64,000 bases of DNA from Sphagnum compactum (taxonomy: Eukaryota), in NCBI GenBank assembly GCA_965153455.1, contig OZ234493.1, forward strand, positions 23,116,213-23,180,212, read 5' to 3'. Shown one piece after another: positions 36,718 to 51,685 of the stretch. A program made the translations under genes and the position numbers. The notes below the pieces were generated by a model, which searched no databases, was not told the DNA's origin, and saw nothing but the letters and a program-made list of their open reading frames with translations. Within the stretch, counting starts at the first letter, position 1; each line of letters begins with the position of its first letter.

Positions 36718-39700
36718 TGCCAGCAATCTTTTCTTCAATTGCTTGGTCACATTCCTTCACTTGAGCATGCAGAGTTGTATTTGTGATATCAAGATTTATG
36801 GTGTCCATGACGGAGACCCTTTGGTAAAGTAGTGCACACTTGTGGTAAGTAGAGGAACTTCAATAGTCTAGAACTAGAAGAAGATTTGAAGACATGAGAA
36901 TGTTTGGGAAGTTGATGAGAAGAATTGTCATTGATTCATATTGTTTGTGTCAGAGCTTCACTTCCATTTTCATCACACTATGGATGGAGGTTCAATACTC
37001 TATCTTATCAGTGGAATTCTGGGAATTCTGTTAGTTCAAATATGACCATGGAAAACAACTTGTTAATAGTATGTCTTTGATTTGCAATAGAATTCTGTTG
37101 GTTTATGGCAAATGGAAGAATGTCTCTACTTGCTCTCAATGCCAACAGGTAACATAACTCAGCCAACATCCACAACTGTTTTGAGTGGGAAAGACAAGTT
37201 AGAATGGCAGCACATGCCTTGGGAACGTTCTTGAGCTTGGATGCTTTTATCAAATCATCAGAGCAAGAAATACAAATAGATTCAAGCGGAAGAAGAAATA
37301 TGAGTACAACAGTGGATGCGGATTTGTACCTAGCATGGTTCTTAAGATTCCCACTGAAGAATATGGCATACCTGCAAGACTCAATAGTGATCAAAGTCAA
37401 GCTTTGTATGGTGTCAATTCTTGCTATGGTAATCTGTACAGTCTGATAGAAACTCCAATATCAGAAGCTGTGACACAAGCCACTGTATTGTGCCTATGAT
37501 GCTAAAGCCTTTGTCACTATGACAATCTGGAATCCACTTTGAGGCACTCCATCTCATTCATCTGAAGTCAATTTGGAATTGGAGATGACAGTGGATTCCA
37601 TGTCAAACATGAGGCTCGACAGTACAGTATATGGCTGGAGGTATTGGAGATTCTGCACGAGGTTTTGTCCATGCTTCTTTGATGAAAGGTCATTGACACC
37701 TATTTCTTTTTCTATATTCTGCAAGAGGTTCTCTCATAGTACAAGGTACATGTAACAACCATTTGTTGATGATGGAGAAGACATTAGACAGCTGACTTTC
37801 TACATCACCTAGAAGCAAGCAGTAGGAAGAGCCTACAGCCCTCACACTTCAAGATTTTTTAAAGTAGGATGTTCAGTGGTGTTGCTCACAAGCCTCACTG
37901 AACTGAACCAGTACAATTACTGCTGCAAGTCTTTGGGAGAGAACTTGATAAAGCCAAGCTCAGAAGAAGCAACGATTTCATCTCCCCCACCCCCTTATGC
38001 ACGGGTCTTTTCTTCTTTCAATACCATTTTGTATAACTCAATGCATAGATTTTTTTGGAAAGCTTTTCCAAAATAAGTGCACATTTGTTTTATTTGAACA
38101 AGTTATGAAAACAAAAGTTCATTTCAAAGTTTGGATATATGTAAGAAGACTTGAAATGGACTCATGTTTATACTTTTGTGCTTACACAATTTGTGATGAT
38201 TTGAAATTCTAGTAATTAAGTTGGATAAAGAGTATTGGTCTTGTGGCCATGGAAGTGTGAGGGGTTCAAATTCTTTTTTGTGATACCTTATTCATGCCTT
38301 CATGCTTACATGTATCCTCCATGCCTAAATGGCTCATATAGTTACATGCCTAGGGGACACCCACACCTACATGTTTAGTGGGCTACAAAATTAGATGCCT
38401 AAAAACCTACATCTTACATTTTGCATCCTCAACTAGCCTCATTGGATAATTGTAATCTTTTAATAAATAAATTTTAATTTTGTAGTCATGAAATGCCACC
38501 TATTAGTCTACATCATCTAGCACCTATGTCAACTTTTAGTCAAAACAAACAAATTAATTTGTTAAGTCCACATTAGCTAGCATTATGTCAATTTTTAGTC
38601 AAAATAGACATGACATGGACACAACTAATTACTCTATAGTATATGATATGATTAAAGTGCTATTTTATGTTTTTTGTAAATGATTGGTTCATATTGACAA
38701 TAGTGTCACCTTATCTAAGGGTTTATTTCTATTAAAATTCAATGATAAAAAATAAAAAATAAGACACAATTTGTAGTAATGAGTCATTGAACCCTTGATG
38801 AAGGTTAGACAAACATATTGCCCCACTTATGGGAATGAAAAATTTGCAATCTCCTCAAAGGGAGGTAATAACCTTAGTTAAAATGAAAAGCTAGTTAATC
38901 ATGTTTAGTTGACAAGTTAAATGTTTCCATACATCATTGAACCTCTACATAATTGTGTAAAACAAAAATTTCAATCATTATTGTCCTTGTGTGCCAAGTA
39001 TGGCATGAAAGTTGTGTTGTTGGTCTATGCCATATACTTGGGTTTAAATATTGCAAACATTTTGTTTCATAAACATAATGTTGGTCATGTCCATCAATTA
39101 ATTTAAAATATCAAAATTACAAAGTAGGTCGTTGCGTTGCACAAATATTCAAGCCCACCCACCTAATGGCTTTCCTCATTACTTTTGAATGCACACAACC
39201 ACAACCTTTGTATATTTGAAATGTAGAAGTGGTTATACTTTCAAATAATTTATCTATTTCAAGTGAAATTAAATAGGATGGCATGTTTAATATCACTTGC
39301 ATGTTGTCAAGGGGTTTAAATTGTAAAAAATACACCGTAACAAAAACATATGACAAAATAATTGGCATCTTTTAGTGCAAACATTATGTGTTGAATTGCT
39401 TGTTCCAACTATGGGATTCTTCATGACAGAAATTGTGATGAAACAATCACATCATTATCTTAGTAATATCACCTTTCACAAATCAAATATTTGAATTAAC
39501 AATGCGAATATCACATTTTTGTAAGATTTCGTGGGTAAAAAAACACCATCATCAATAACCTTATTTGAACACTTTTTGTCTAGATCAAATGTTGTTGCAT
39601 CACCAAAACATTTCAACTTTTGTCACATTTCTTCCAATGAGCCATTTCAATTTGGAACCATGTTCAACTTTGGATATATGATTTTTCATGAATCAATTCA

Positions 39701-40924
39701 CTTACAAGTTTAATGAGTTTTTATAGGTGTTTGTTTCAAAAAAATCATTCCCGTGTAAGTATTTGTTGTGTTCAACAATGCATTTGACATCATGACAACA
39801 ACTTTTTTTTGAACCCCTTATAAGAGACTTGACAAAAAAGGCAATTCTAAAAGATAAAATTACCTTTCAAAATGCAAGGCAGCAAGGGCCAAATATTCAA
39901 CTTTTTTTTATGTCAATATGTCAATAGATAGCTTGAAAAGAAGATGAAGAAAGAGTTGAACATATCCTATTTGTTCAATTCCAAGCCAAAAAATCCTTTG
40001 TTTTTTGGGAGACCTCCCTAAGTGTAATTTCGCTTCAAGTTGGTGTGAGGAAGTTTCACATAGTTTCCTCGTGGTGGGGATGTTTTGCTAGCAAGGAATA
40101 ATGACTTGTGACATAGGTTTATCTTAGATGTAAAACTAATGGAACTCTTTGTTTGTGAAGTAGGGGAAGGTTGTGCTATCAATGCTTTAAACCTTGAATG
40201 CTTTTGGCCTTAAGCTTGGACCTTCATTCCTAGGGCATAATAACTTAATAGCAAGCCCTTCTTCATACATGAAACATTATTAATGAAAGTTGCAAGATTG
40301 ATTGATAAATCTAAAACATTTTATAGCAAAGTTTTTTTCCCCAATTTGGGACATTGGGATGTTTGGAAATCAATGATGTCATGAAATGATAACATAAACA
40401 TGCAAGACTTTATTCCCCAAAGAAAATAAAAAATGAGAGAATTTTTTTTAGAATAAACAAAAATAGTGAGGAAAAAAGAAAAGATCTTGAATGAATGACT
40501 AACTTTTACATGTTTAAATGATTTAGACCTTAGAACCTGAACTAGAATACATTTTTTAGCAATTTACCACATATAAAATGTTTGAAGTTTGGCAAGCATT
40601 TGAAGATGAGAAGTATCCAACCCCAATACTATTGCATAATTTTTGTAAAAGTTTGAATCTTTTGAAAAGTTGTTGAAGCTTGTTGTTTGAATAAAATTAG
40701 TAACAATGAAAATGATGGACCTTTCATACCCCATGCATTGGTGGCACAAAGATGTAAGAAATGATCAGGTAGTTTGTATGTGTAAATAAGTAAAGATTTT
40801 TATTATTAAGGGCAGGAAACACTCTCTTAGTTTTGATATTTATTATTTTGTTTTTTTTGTTTGGGTTGTCTTTTAAGTTGGAAAACCATGTGTAGAAATT
40901 GTGTGAGACAAAAGATTTACACAA

Positions 40925-41160
40925 GAAGGGTCAACAATGGCTATGTTTGTGAAAATCTAGATGCCATCCTTGGAAAGGACAATGTAGATGTGTCATTTGG
41001 ATGTTTGAAGCGTGAAAGAGAAAAGAACATGTAATTGCTCCCAAACCATGCACAAAAAATGGCTTCTTTTGCAATGGATGCAAAGACATGACATATAACA
41101 TCATGAATCCATGTGCATTCATTATCATGGGTGTGTCATAATAAATTGATATCCAATGAT
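40925..41160 (-). mobile_element. Short fragment of the CRE-like retroelement 3' region (zinc finger/RLE)
   Basis: Minus-strand remnants DNECTWIHDVI..VFASIAKEA and IVLSKDG are similar to the 18.7-18.9 kb segment. Confidence 0.5.
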
Positions 41161-44100
41161 GGGTTGAAAAGAAGGCCTATTATTGATCAATGAGACAAGA
41201 GAAGCCGTATTCATAATGTGGTTGAAAAGATTGCTTTAATGATGCTTGGAACATTGGTATATTTTCTTTCACCCCAACCACTACTATATACATGAATAAT
41301 TTAAACTAACATTTGAATTTAGAACATATTATATATTTTATTTATACATGAATAATCTAAATTAAGATTTGAATTTAAAGCATATTCTCCACATTTTATG
41401 AAAAATAATTTACCTTTTATAACCACTTAGAATTCTTGAGGTTGTAGGTATTTTGGTATAGCTTCCATTTGTGCTTTATGAGTATCTGATCTTTTCAAAT
41501 TCACACATCCCAAGTATATCTTGAACATATGAAAATATGGCATTTTTAATTTAAAAAGCTTTTGAACTAGATGGATTCTTGATTTCAAGAAGGTTATTTT
41601 TTATATTTGTTGGATACCACCTACATTTGAAGAGTATCATTTTGTTACCTATTTATAAATGAAGTGAATGCTTATATGTATATATCCTTTATTTATCAAT
41701 AAATGTAGTAAATTTTGGTCATTGAAAAATATTTAGGCTTATTCATAAATGTAATAAACCCCTTTAATTTATCCCCTTGTTTTTTTCATATATTTTTATA
41801 AAAAAAAGTGAAATTTTTTTCCAAATTTTCCTCTATGCCAACCTTTTCCAATCATGCATGAACTCTAGTATCAATTTGAAGAAATTATAATATCATCCTT
41901 CATGTTCTAAAGGCCGGCAAAAGAAATCCTACTACCCCTAGATATAACAATATCATTTGATTTGTACCATGAATGTTCTTTTAAATTTTAGCATGGCAAT
42001 TGAGAGGTAACCCTTGACATTCAATTTTCATGATAATTCTTGGTTGGGACTATAGAGACTAGAATATGAAATTTGGAACAAATAGAAAAAAATGAAAATT
42101 TCTGCACAAATAAGATGAACTAGGAAGAACATATATGGGCATTACAAGCATAAGCATTTTGGTCACACACCCATGGGCCACATGCTTTCACATCTTGCAA
42201 CATCCAAATGTATCTTTTGTTATTAAATATGAACATAATGCACTTGTTTAAATTTTTTTCAAATTTATTGTACTTGGGTGAAAGCATGGTAAAATAAACC
42301 CAAAATGTAAAATGTTGCAACAAAATATTTGGGGCCTTTGAATAAAAGGAACAACATGTAGATGATTTTATAGAAATAATATAAGTTTTTTTGGGTGCAT
42401 TCTTTTTTCTTCACTATTTTTGGCATTACTTTTCAAAGCTAAATTGATATAATTATATAGTGGTGTAGGTGGTTATTGGAAATTATTCTAATCTATACAC
42501 ATAAACCTTGAACATTGTTTGGACATTGAATGAACTTCAATATTTGTGATGGTTGAAGTTTTGATCTTATGAACTTGATGCTAGAGTGTTGTAATTAGAC
42601 AACAATAGAAGGTTTATAGTTGAGAATTGCAATGTTGTCTATACATTAATTTCCATTGTTGACTTTAGCAAGAAAGGAGAAGAATGCATATATTTCATGC
42701 TATTCATTGGGATAATTTTGTTTTTGAACATGAACAATTGTTCAAATAGTATATTAACATTCATCTCTTGTGAATCAAAATTTGAAATAATCAAAGAAAT
42801 TGACATGGAGAAACATGGCATCTCCAATACTTGAAGGAGAAAGTAAGAGAATATCACTATAATATATATATATACAATGAATATTGAGGCTAACATATTC
42901 CATACATGGAAATGTTTATCATAAAATATTTAAAAAATCCTTTTTCAATTCACTTTCTTGAGGTCTATAAGCCCATGTACACTGTAAAAAAGGGTTGTTG
43001 GCATGAGAACAAACCAAAGAGAATGTGTTGAGAGAACCAAAGAAAAATCCACTTAAGTGCACATTGAGTTGAAGTGAGCTCTTAAAAAGCTGGCAGAAAG
43101 CTGATGGGGCTATTGAGCAGTGGTTGAAGTGGAGGTGAAAAACAGACAGAACAAGAAGAAAAAGGGCAGACTATGTTATATAATTCTAATTAATGGGCTC
43201 CATGTTCCAGGGAAGAGAAAAGGAAGGTACCCTCTTCAGCTGGGCTGTTTTTAGGTTTACTCCAAAGGTGTCCTTATCAAGTTCCCAATTTGTTCCCATT
43301 AGGTTCTCAAAATGTTCCCATTAGGTTCTCATTGTGTTCCCTGACATATCCCTAATAACACCTCATTTTTTTATCCCATATTGTTTGACCTCGGTTCAAC
43401 TTCCATGTTTGGGCAGGGGGTCGGCGAGTAGGGGATTGGGGCGGGGTGGGGGGAGACAAAGGGAAGTATGACAAAATATGCTTCTATTTTGGGGAGGGAA
43501 GCATATTTAGGCTTCAATGTTGGGGAGTGCCCCATGTTCCAAAAAATTGGTGATGGGCCAATCAAATGGCTTCTTATGCAAATAAAATAAAACTCTAGTG
43601 ATGATGGTTCATCAAAGTTGGTTTCGGTAGGACAACTTTAGGTTCCATAGATGCGATAAATGTGTGGTAAATTGAAATTTTGATGAGTAATCACATCCAC
43701 ATAGAAGATGACAAGCATTGTTAGATGGGCCATTTTTTTAATTCATTGAAATTGATTATTTTAATGACTAATGAAGCCCTAAAGTTGACCAATGAGATTG
43801 TGGCCCTTTTATACCAATGTATACTATAATAATATACTCATGGATCCTTCAATATAGATAATGAAATTTATTATAAAATAATATTACATAAAATTACTTT
43901 TTTAAAAATAATCATTGTAGGGCCCAAAAATCAAAATTGATACCCAAAATTAAATGTACCATGCTTTTGGAACAACTATATTATATGTACTATAACACTT
44001 GACTTAAAAGTGCTCCAAAGGGGGTCACCATAGTGTGCTTTCACCCTTTGGTTGTCACTAAGTTTGTTCCTTTATTTGTGGTGTCCAAAAGAATTGAAGC

Positions 44101-47100
44101 CCTCCTCTTGGCATATTTAAGGCACTAAAAATCGTTAAAAATGACTCAAATATGAGAAAGTTATGACTTCCCAAAGTGTGTGTGTGTGTGTGGGGAGGGG
44201 GGGGGGGGTTGTCAAAAAATAGAAATGGAAAACAACCAAATAACTAAAAGATTACAACCGAACAACTAGAAATTCCTTGGAAGTTGTTTTATTGCCTTTG
44301 TAACTCAAAGATGATTTGCAAAGCTTAAAGTGACGTTCCCATATCACTATAAATCACTCAAATTGAATAAGAAATTAAAATGTTGTGAGCTTTGGAGGTA
44401 GGAGGGGTCTAAAAGGGAAAAAATGTGTTTGTAGCTTGAAAATAATTTTTTTTCTTATTATTTCTTCATTATTCTTTTTCCTTGGTAGGTCAAGGATGAT
44501 TCATAAACATTAAATTAATGATTGCATAACTTTTCAAATTACTCAAAATGGAAAAAAGATGAAAAGAATATGAATAAATGTTCGATAGGGTAGTGATTAA
44601 TGATGAGTGGTTCTACTTTAAGTAAGCAAATAAAGTCAATAAGCAAGTAAATAAATAAAAAAAACTAACTAATTAATTAATCACCTAACAAAAATAAACA
44701 AGTCACCTACTCATTTACCAACTTATCTATTACATTACTCCATTATCTATAATAGCTCTAGTAATAGCAATTATTATTCTATAGAAATTATCATCAAATA
44801 ATTAAGTAGTTAATAATAATAATTCATCATTATTTTTTAATAAAATTTATGTGACTAATTAATTATCAATTTTATATGTGACTATTAACTATCAATTTTC
44901 AACTAGCTAATAATTACTAAATTATAAAATTAGTCAATGGTTATTAATTGTGATTAATTACAAAAAAAAATTAGATAAAATATTAGTCATTTAGTAATTT
45001 TAAACTTTAACTATAAAGAAACTATAATATCAAAACCATTTAACCTTAATAATATAAGCTTGAAATTTACATTGATTATTGCGTAATGTAATTTAAAATA
45101 TTAATATGGAGTTTATTATTATTTAAAAAATGGTAATCTTTGATTATCATTTATGTCATATATAAGACACAAAGACATGACATGCAAATCATATTTATAT
45201 ACAGAAATTTAATCATATATATATGTAATCATAGTGCAATATATAAATTAATCACATATTGTAAGGTTTTATTTTAAAATTGAATAATGATTTGAATAAT
45301 ACAAAAAATTGAAGTAATTAGTGAATTACTTCAGTGAGTTTTCATATTCACGAATTGCATCTACTAAAGGTGGACTTGAATGCATCAAGTTTTCTGTAAA
45401 GTGAAATGGTTCAAAGGTATAGTGGCCTAATTCACTTTGAAGCAAAATGGGACAATGAAATTGTGAACCCAAAGTGAACCTCTAGTGATGTACTAAGTCC
45501 AAATTCTTTTTTTTGTCTTCATAATGAAGAGGGGACATGTTTTGGACCCATTTCTTTTGTAGTGTATGTACATGTTTGTATACTACTTTTGACAATGATA
45601 AATAATATATAAGTGATCAATTTAAAGGGTTTTTGAAAAACTTAAAATAACATGTTATGAATAAATAAATAAATATTTATTTATAATTGAATATTGACCC
45701 ACAATATTTGTAAATGTGATTTAATTCAATTTGCATTCAAAACTATGTTCATTAAGTCTTTAAAAATGTTATTTTCATTATGTTAAATACATGTCCTTTT
45801 TGAGAAATTGTAAGTTTTCATTTTTCCCAATATGATTAGATATAAAGTTGTTTTCTTTCCACTTTTTTGATGTTGTTTAAATGGTAATGATTCATAAAAA
45901 GATTTTGCCATGTTTGGTTGTAGACAAGTTCTAGATTTGGAAACTTGTTTAATTCTTTCAATATTATGGCTATTTACTATTAACCTATTGTAAAAATTTC
46001 ATGATATAAAATTTTAAAATTGACAACATTTGATTTTTTTTAAAAAAAATCCTTTGTTGATGTTGTTCCCTCTTAAATTGGAAACAATTGGACACAAGAA
46101 AGAACATCAATATAACCTTTTAGATCAAAAGCATATTTGTTTGACAACATTATCATACATTAATATAAATGATTAGTTATACAACTTTGAAAAAAATACC
46201 ACAACATATTTTTATTACTAGTTTTTCAAATGATGTAATAATATATTTACCCTTCATTTCTTTTGTAGAAGTACAAAAAACATAATTTGGTGAAAATTAG
46301 GCATTAAATAGTTGGATTAAAGCCCTTCCCCCATTTTTGATTTGGTGGCAAATTTTCATAACTTAGTGATTTTTGGAGAGAAAACTGGGAAATAATGCAA
46401 ATTCAAAGAAAAATGCAAAGAAAAACTAATTTGGAAAAAAATTGAAATCACAAAATTGAAAGAAAAAACCAGTACTACTAATGAATGAAAATTTAAAAAT
46501 AATTTCAATAACTCCAACCTTAAACCCATAAATAGTTCCAACATCAAACTTCATTAAATGTTTTTAAACAATCCAAGGTTGTCAAAAATGATGTGACATA
46601 CCATTTTTAAGTTAGTTATCACATCAATCGTGATGCATAAGTGTGTAAGGTCAAACATGATGTTGATGAGACATTCCCATAGTAAAAATAAAATTATTAT
46701 TTTTGACTATGCAAGTAAATTTAATTATTAACTATTAATAAGTTCATAATTAATTATAAGAATTCATATTTCATTAATAAATCATCTCATTACTGGATGT
46801 GGTTGCTAGAGTATGATCAAAGTGTAAACCTATAATGATTGAAAATTTTAATTGTTTAGAAGATGATTATAATCCAATTGCCATTTCTCAATGGTCAAGA
46901 TTTTATTTTTACTTTTTGAGATTGGATTTAAGTCATTGAATAATGACCAAGGTGTGGACCACTCCTGACTGAAAATTTTGGCCATTCAAATAACAACCGA
47001 AATCAATTCAATGTTTTTCGAAGGTCAAATTTCTTTTTCAATTTATTTGTTTATTTATTTATCACTTTCAAGACTAGACTTAGGTTGCTAGACTACAATT

Positions 47101-47109
47101 AGGGTGTGG

Positions 47110-47741
47110 GGGTGAATGCATAATAAGGTGGCTCACTTTTTGAATCATGATGACCATTTTTGCAAACTGCCCTTTCTTTGTACACCTATAACAAATAATA
47201 AAACTTATCAACTCAAAAATTTGAAATTGATTATAGATTAATTACTTGATTACAAAAATACCTACGTAATTATTTTTCAATAAAAGTACACCAACTTCTC
47301 ACAATGGACTTTTGAAGTACAAAACTATGGATTAGTCAATAGATTGGAGTGGTAGAAAATTTAAAAAGTTGATATTGAATTCCATTCCAAATTATCTATA
47401 GGGACTCAATATATGTTGTAACATCAAATAATAAACCTTTAAGTGAAAGTTTTCCCTCAAAAATCACAATCAAATATTAATTAAGGACTTTTGAATGGTC
47501 AAAATTGAACCATATTTTTATAAGTCCTTAGCATAATTGCTTTTTCTTAAATTTTTTTTGTTTTAAAGGTGTATATATTTGGAATATGTAGGTGGGCACC
47601 TATTAATATGGACTTTATTGCTTTCGATACATGAACTTTATTACCATTGAACCCATGGTACCAAAAAAATTCAAAAATTTAAAATTGTAAAGTGGATTTT
47701 TGTTTTTTCAAAAAGTGAGCCACCTTAGAGTGCATACACTC
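47110..47741. mobile_element. Non-autonomous TIR element with 4-bp TSD (Sola-like), inserted in another repeat
   Basis: TIRs gggtgaatgcataataaggtggctcactttttgaa / ttcaaaaagtgagccaccttagagtgcatacactc. GTGG duplicated at 47106-47109 and 47742-47745. Confidence 0.7.
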
Positions 47742-47887
47742 GTGGACTGACTATGACTGAAATTTTGGCTATTCAAATGGTGACCGAAATTTTGGCTATT
47801 CAACACTTTTTGACGATCAAGATTTTTTTAGTTATGTATTTTTTTAAAAAAAATTTAACCACTTTTACCAATTGGGACTAGATTTAA

Positions 47888-48070
47888 GGCTGATTTTCCC
47901 TTTCAGCTAGGCAACGCAAGTCAAGTTAATTTTCTCATTTCGCTAAGTAAGCCAAACAAGTCACACTAATTTTCCCTTTTAGTTAAACAAGCCAAGCAAA
48001 TTAGGTTAATTTTCCCCTTTAGCTAAGCGAGACAAGCAAGTTGGGCAAGGCTAATTTTCCCCTTTAGCGA
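47888..48070. repeat. Minisatellite, ~4-5 copies of ~41 bp (taattttcccctttagctaagcaagccaagcaagtc...)
   Basis: Diverged copies visible by eye. Confidence 0.7.
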
Positions 48071-51044
48071 ATTGAGACTCAATTTAAGTCATTGAACTAC
48101 AATTGGTGTATGGATCAATTGTGACCAAAAGTCTTGGCCATTCAAATGGTGATTAAAATTTAGTTAACATTTTTCAACAATCAAGATTTTTTCAATTTAT
48201 TTTACTCTTAGGACTAAAGTTGTTGAATTACGATTGGGGTGTGAATCACTTGAGACTAGAAATCTTGACCGTTCAAAAGGTGAGCAAAATCTAATTGTCA
48301 CTTTTCAACAATCAATATTTTTATAACAAATTAAGTTTTTTCTTGTTTACTTTGAGAACTTGATTCAGGTGTTGGATATAATGGATTGGATTTTTTAGTT
48401 TTTTGTGATTATCATTGTTAGTCACCATTGGAATAAAGTTTTTACCTTTACATGAAAAGTTATTTCTTTGATTAAGGTTGACCCCAAATTGACCCTAGGT
48501 TGACCTTGAATTGATGTGACATTGGAGTTCGTTGGTGTCAAAATAGACATGATTAACATGACAAGCTAACATTGATAACCTTGAAACAAAATTTGAAATT
48601 ATTATTTTGAAAACTGAAAAAAAATATTCATGATGTAATGGAATTTTTTTTGTTTTGAATTTCCACCATTTTTTGAACATAAAAAGGGGCCATCAACCAC
48701 AATATTTTTTAAAAAAATTCAAAAACGAAAATTATAAAAAACTTAAATGGAAATTGAAAATTCTACAATAGGTTTTAGGACTTGTAGCTAGAATAGAAAA
48801 TGATTTAAATTTTTTTATATTTCCAAGTATGGTATGTAACTAAAATATGGCTAAATTTTTTATGAATAAGATTTTTGAATAACACCACTAACATCTTCAA
48901 GTATATGTGAAGGATTAAATTGTTGTGTGTTTCAATATATACTAATAAATGCAATATCCAACATTTGAGTAATGATTTCAATTGGTTCAAAGTGGATGAT
49001 TGAACTCATGTATAGATGTTGGTAGTTCAAAAAATGTGCAAAAACTCAATAAACCATTCAAGTATAATTGCAAAGCATCAATTTACATATGTTTCAATAT
49101 ATTTTAATAAGTCCAAGATGCAACTTGTGAATAATAGTTTTAACACATTAAAAGTGAATGGTTCAATTCATGTACACATGTTAAACATTGAAAAGATGTG
49201 AAAAATCATTAGTTCATTCCAATATAAATGTGAGGTCTTAAATCGTTACATGTGTTTTAATAAATTATGGTAAATGTAAAGTACAACCCATGAACAATGG
49301 TTTTAATATGTTAAAAGTGTATGGTTCAATTCATGTACCATGTGAACAATTGAAGAAATGTTTTAAAAATTTATTAACCTATTATAATGCATTGTGTAAA
49401 TAAAACTAAAGATTATTTCAGTTTCAAGTCAACAAGTTTGAAATGATTAAAAATTTAGATAAGTTTAAAATTATATTCATAAGTGAACATTGTAATGAAT
49501 GTTACAACTATAAACAATATTGATCATTAATTAATGTAACAAGTCACTTGCAAACTAAAAATGTCTGAATGTGATTGAAATATAGTCAAATTAAATAGTA
49601 GTCACCATGTGTGGGAGAGAAAAAAAAGAAAAACAATTCTTGTGAAAGGTGTTATCTCGTCTTGGACGGTTCTTAGAATTGAGTTGAAATTGACTCAATT
49701 TTCAAGCTAGTTTTCACCTCGAAGATAGTTAAGCATTACCATTTTTGTTACCCATTTTTGGAAATTACCCCCTTTAGTTATCACTTGATTGAAACAATCC
49801 ATTTTTTCAAAAAAAAAAATCCAAAAATCTGAAAACCACCTAAGGTAATTCAAGATATCTAAGGTAGTTTTTTGTTATAGGGTCTAGGGGTAGGGGTAGT
49901 CTAGGGGTAGGTAATCTAGGCAATCCATGTCTATTAGTTGTTTGTGCATCCTGATGTGAGTGCATTCCAAAGCTCAAAGTTTGTTTTTCTTCAATGGGTC
50001 ACTTTAATTGGCCGATTTTGATTGGCATTGTTCTTAACGTTCCCCAAATAGAAGCTTTTAACTACCAACACAATGATGGGGGAAAGGTTCCTCTTTAATT
50101 TAACTATATATAATACAAGCTCACATTCTTGGAAACAGGATATGGAACAAAGGATATGGGACAAACTATGGTGCAATTAGGGACTATCTCTACACTTTCC
50201 CTTTGGGCACAAGAGACAAAGAAGCATGATTTGAGCAAGTGAATAACTTATGAGCCACTAATTCTTCAGTCACCAACCTGATATAAACCGTCGGTAGAAC
50301 CAGACCTATCAAACCTGTTTCTCAAGAATGTGAAAATTTCCTAAACCCCAGTTTTAACACTCATGAAATCTCACTTCGCTGAAAATAAATGATACGCGCT
50401 TTCTTGGACAAGAAATTCTATAACATTTCAATCAGTTTCCTGGCACCGAGTTGACAAATTTGGCACCCAAGCTGTCAAGCAATCAAGTGAGCTGACAAAC
50501 CCTGACAAACGCATTCAAGTATTCATGCCCATACCAGTGACTGCGCCAATGAAACCGCGAAACGAACTGTCTTGAATCTGAACAAATTGAATAAGAGATC
50601 GGATTATAGTCCCGATGCTCTCAACAGAGTAGGGGAAGGGAAACTAATGGCGTTGGTTTCGCTGGTGAGACACGGCAGCAAGTTGCAAATGAAGCTGACG
50701 ACAATTAGGCTAGGGCCATGAGATCAGTGAACTATATCACCCACCAGCTGCGCACCATGACTCCGTTGAGGACATTCGTCCTAAACTGATACGACATAAA
50801 CAGACTATACAGTGGTGGTTGTACCGGTGGGTTGCTGGTTCACTGTTGCCGGCAGACTATGAACAGGATAATCTTTTACCGACTGTGCGAATATAACAAC
50901 GGATCTACAAACGTTGGGTACATACCAAGATATGGATTGATCAGTTTGTGTTTGATGAGTTTGGTTTTAAACAGTTGTAGTGGAACTGGTCGGCAACTGA
51001 AACAAGTCTGCTAATCTAATCAATCACCTAGCCAGGATCAAGTG

Positions 51045-51685
51045 GGCAACAGTGAACCAGCATGCACCATCCACTGGATGCCTGATAATACTCAGTTGTG
51101 GATGAACCTCAACTGAGTTGGTATATGGTTTCACCTTGGTAAATCAATTCTGTAAGAAATAGGTCTCACATATAGGTAGATAGGTAGGAAAAGTAGATAA
51201 CAAATAGGTCTCATATACAGGTAAATAGGTAGGAAAATAGATAACAAATAGGTCAAATATATAGGTAGATAGGTAGGAAAATAGATAACAAATAGGTCTA
51301 ATATATAGGTAGATAGGTAGGAAAATAGATAATAAATAGGTCTCATATATAGGTAGATAGGTAGGAAAATAGATAACAAATAGGTCTCATATATAGGTAG
51401 ATAGGTAGGAAAATAAATAACAAATAGGTCTCATATATAGGTAGATAGGTAGGAAAAACAGTAATTACTAGGTAAGTAGATGGTTTATACATAGGTAAGG
51501 GCTGTTTTTATTACCTACCTACTAACAACCTGCTTGTGGGTTGGTAGTAGGTAGGTACTTAAAAAAGGCAACTGAGCTAACCACCATGGTTAGCTAAGGA
51601 ACTGGAACCCAACAGAAAACTGTTTCCTGACCACTTATCATTCATCCTTCATGGTGCACTGGGTGGGTGCTGGTTCACTGTGGCT
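51045..51685. mobile_element. Non-autonomous MULE-like MITE carrying an expanded 44-bp minisatellite
   Basis: Termini ggcaacagtgaaccagc...gctggttcactgtggct. 9-bp TSD gatcaagtg/gaacaagtg (8/9). Reverse-complement homolog of 17968-18351. Confidence 0.75.
51157..51457. repeat. 44-bp tandem repeat, ~7 copies
   Basis: aaataggtctcatatataggtagataggtaggaaaatagataac starts at 51157, 51202, 51246, 51290, 51334, 51378 and 51422. Confidence 0.95.

Noticed and set aside
51157-51457. Regularly spaced repeats resembling a CRISPR array
   Set aside because: Units are contiguous with no unique spacers, lie inside a MITE in eukaryotic DNA, and have no cas genes nearby.
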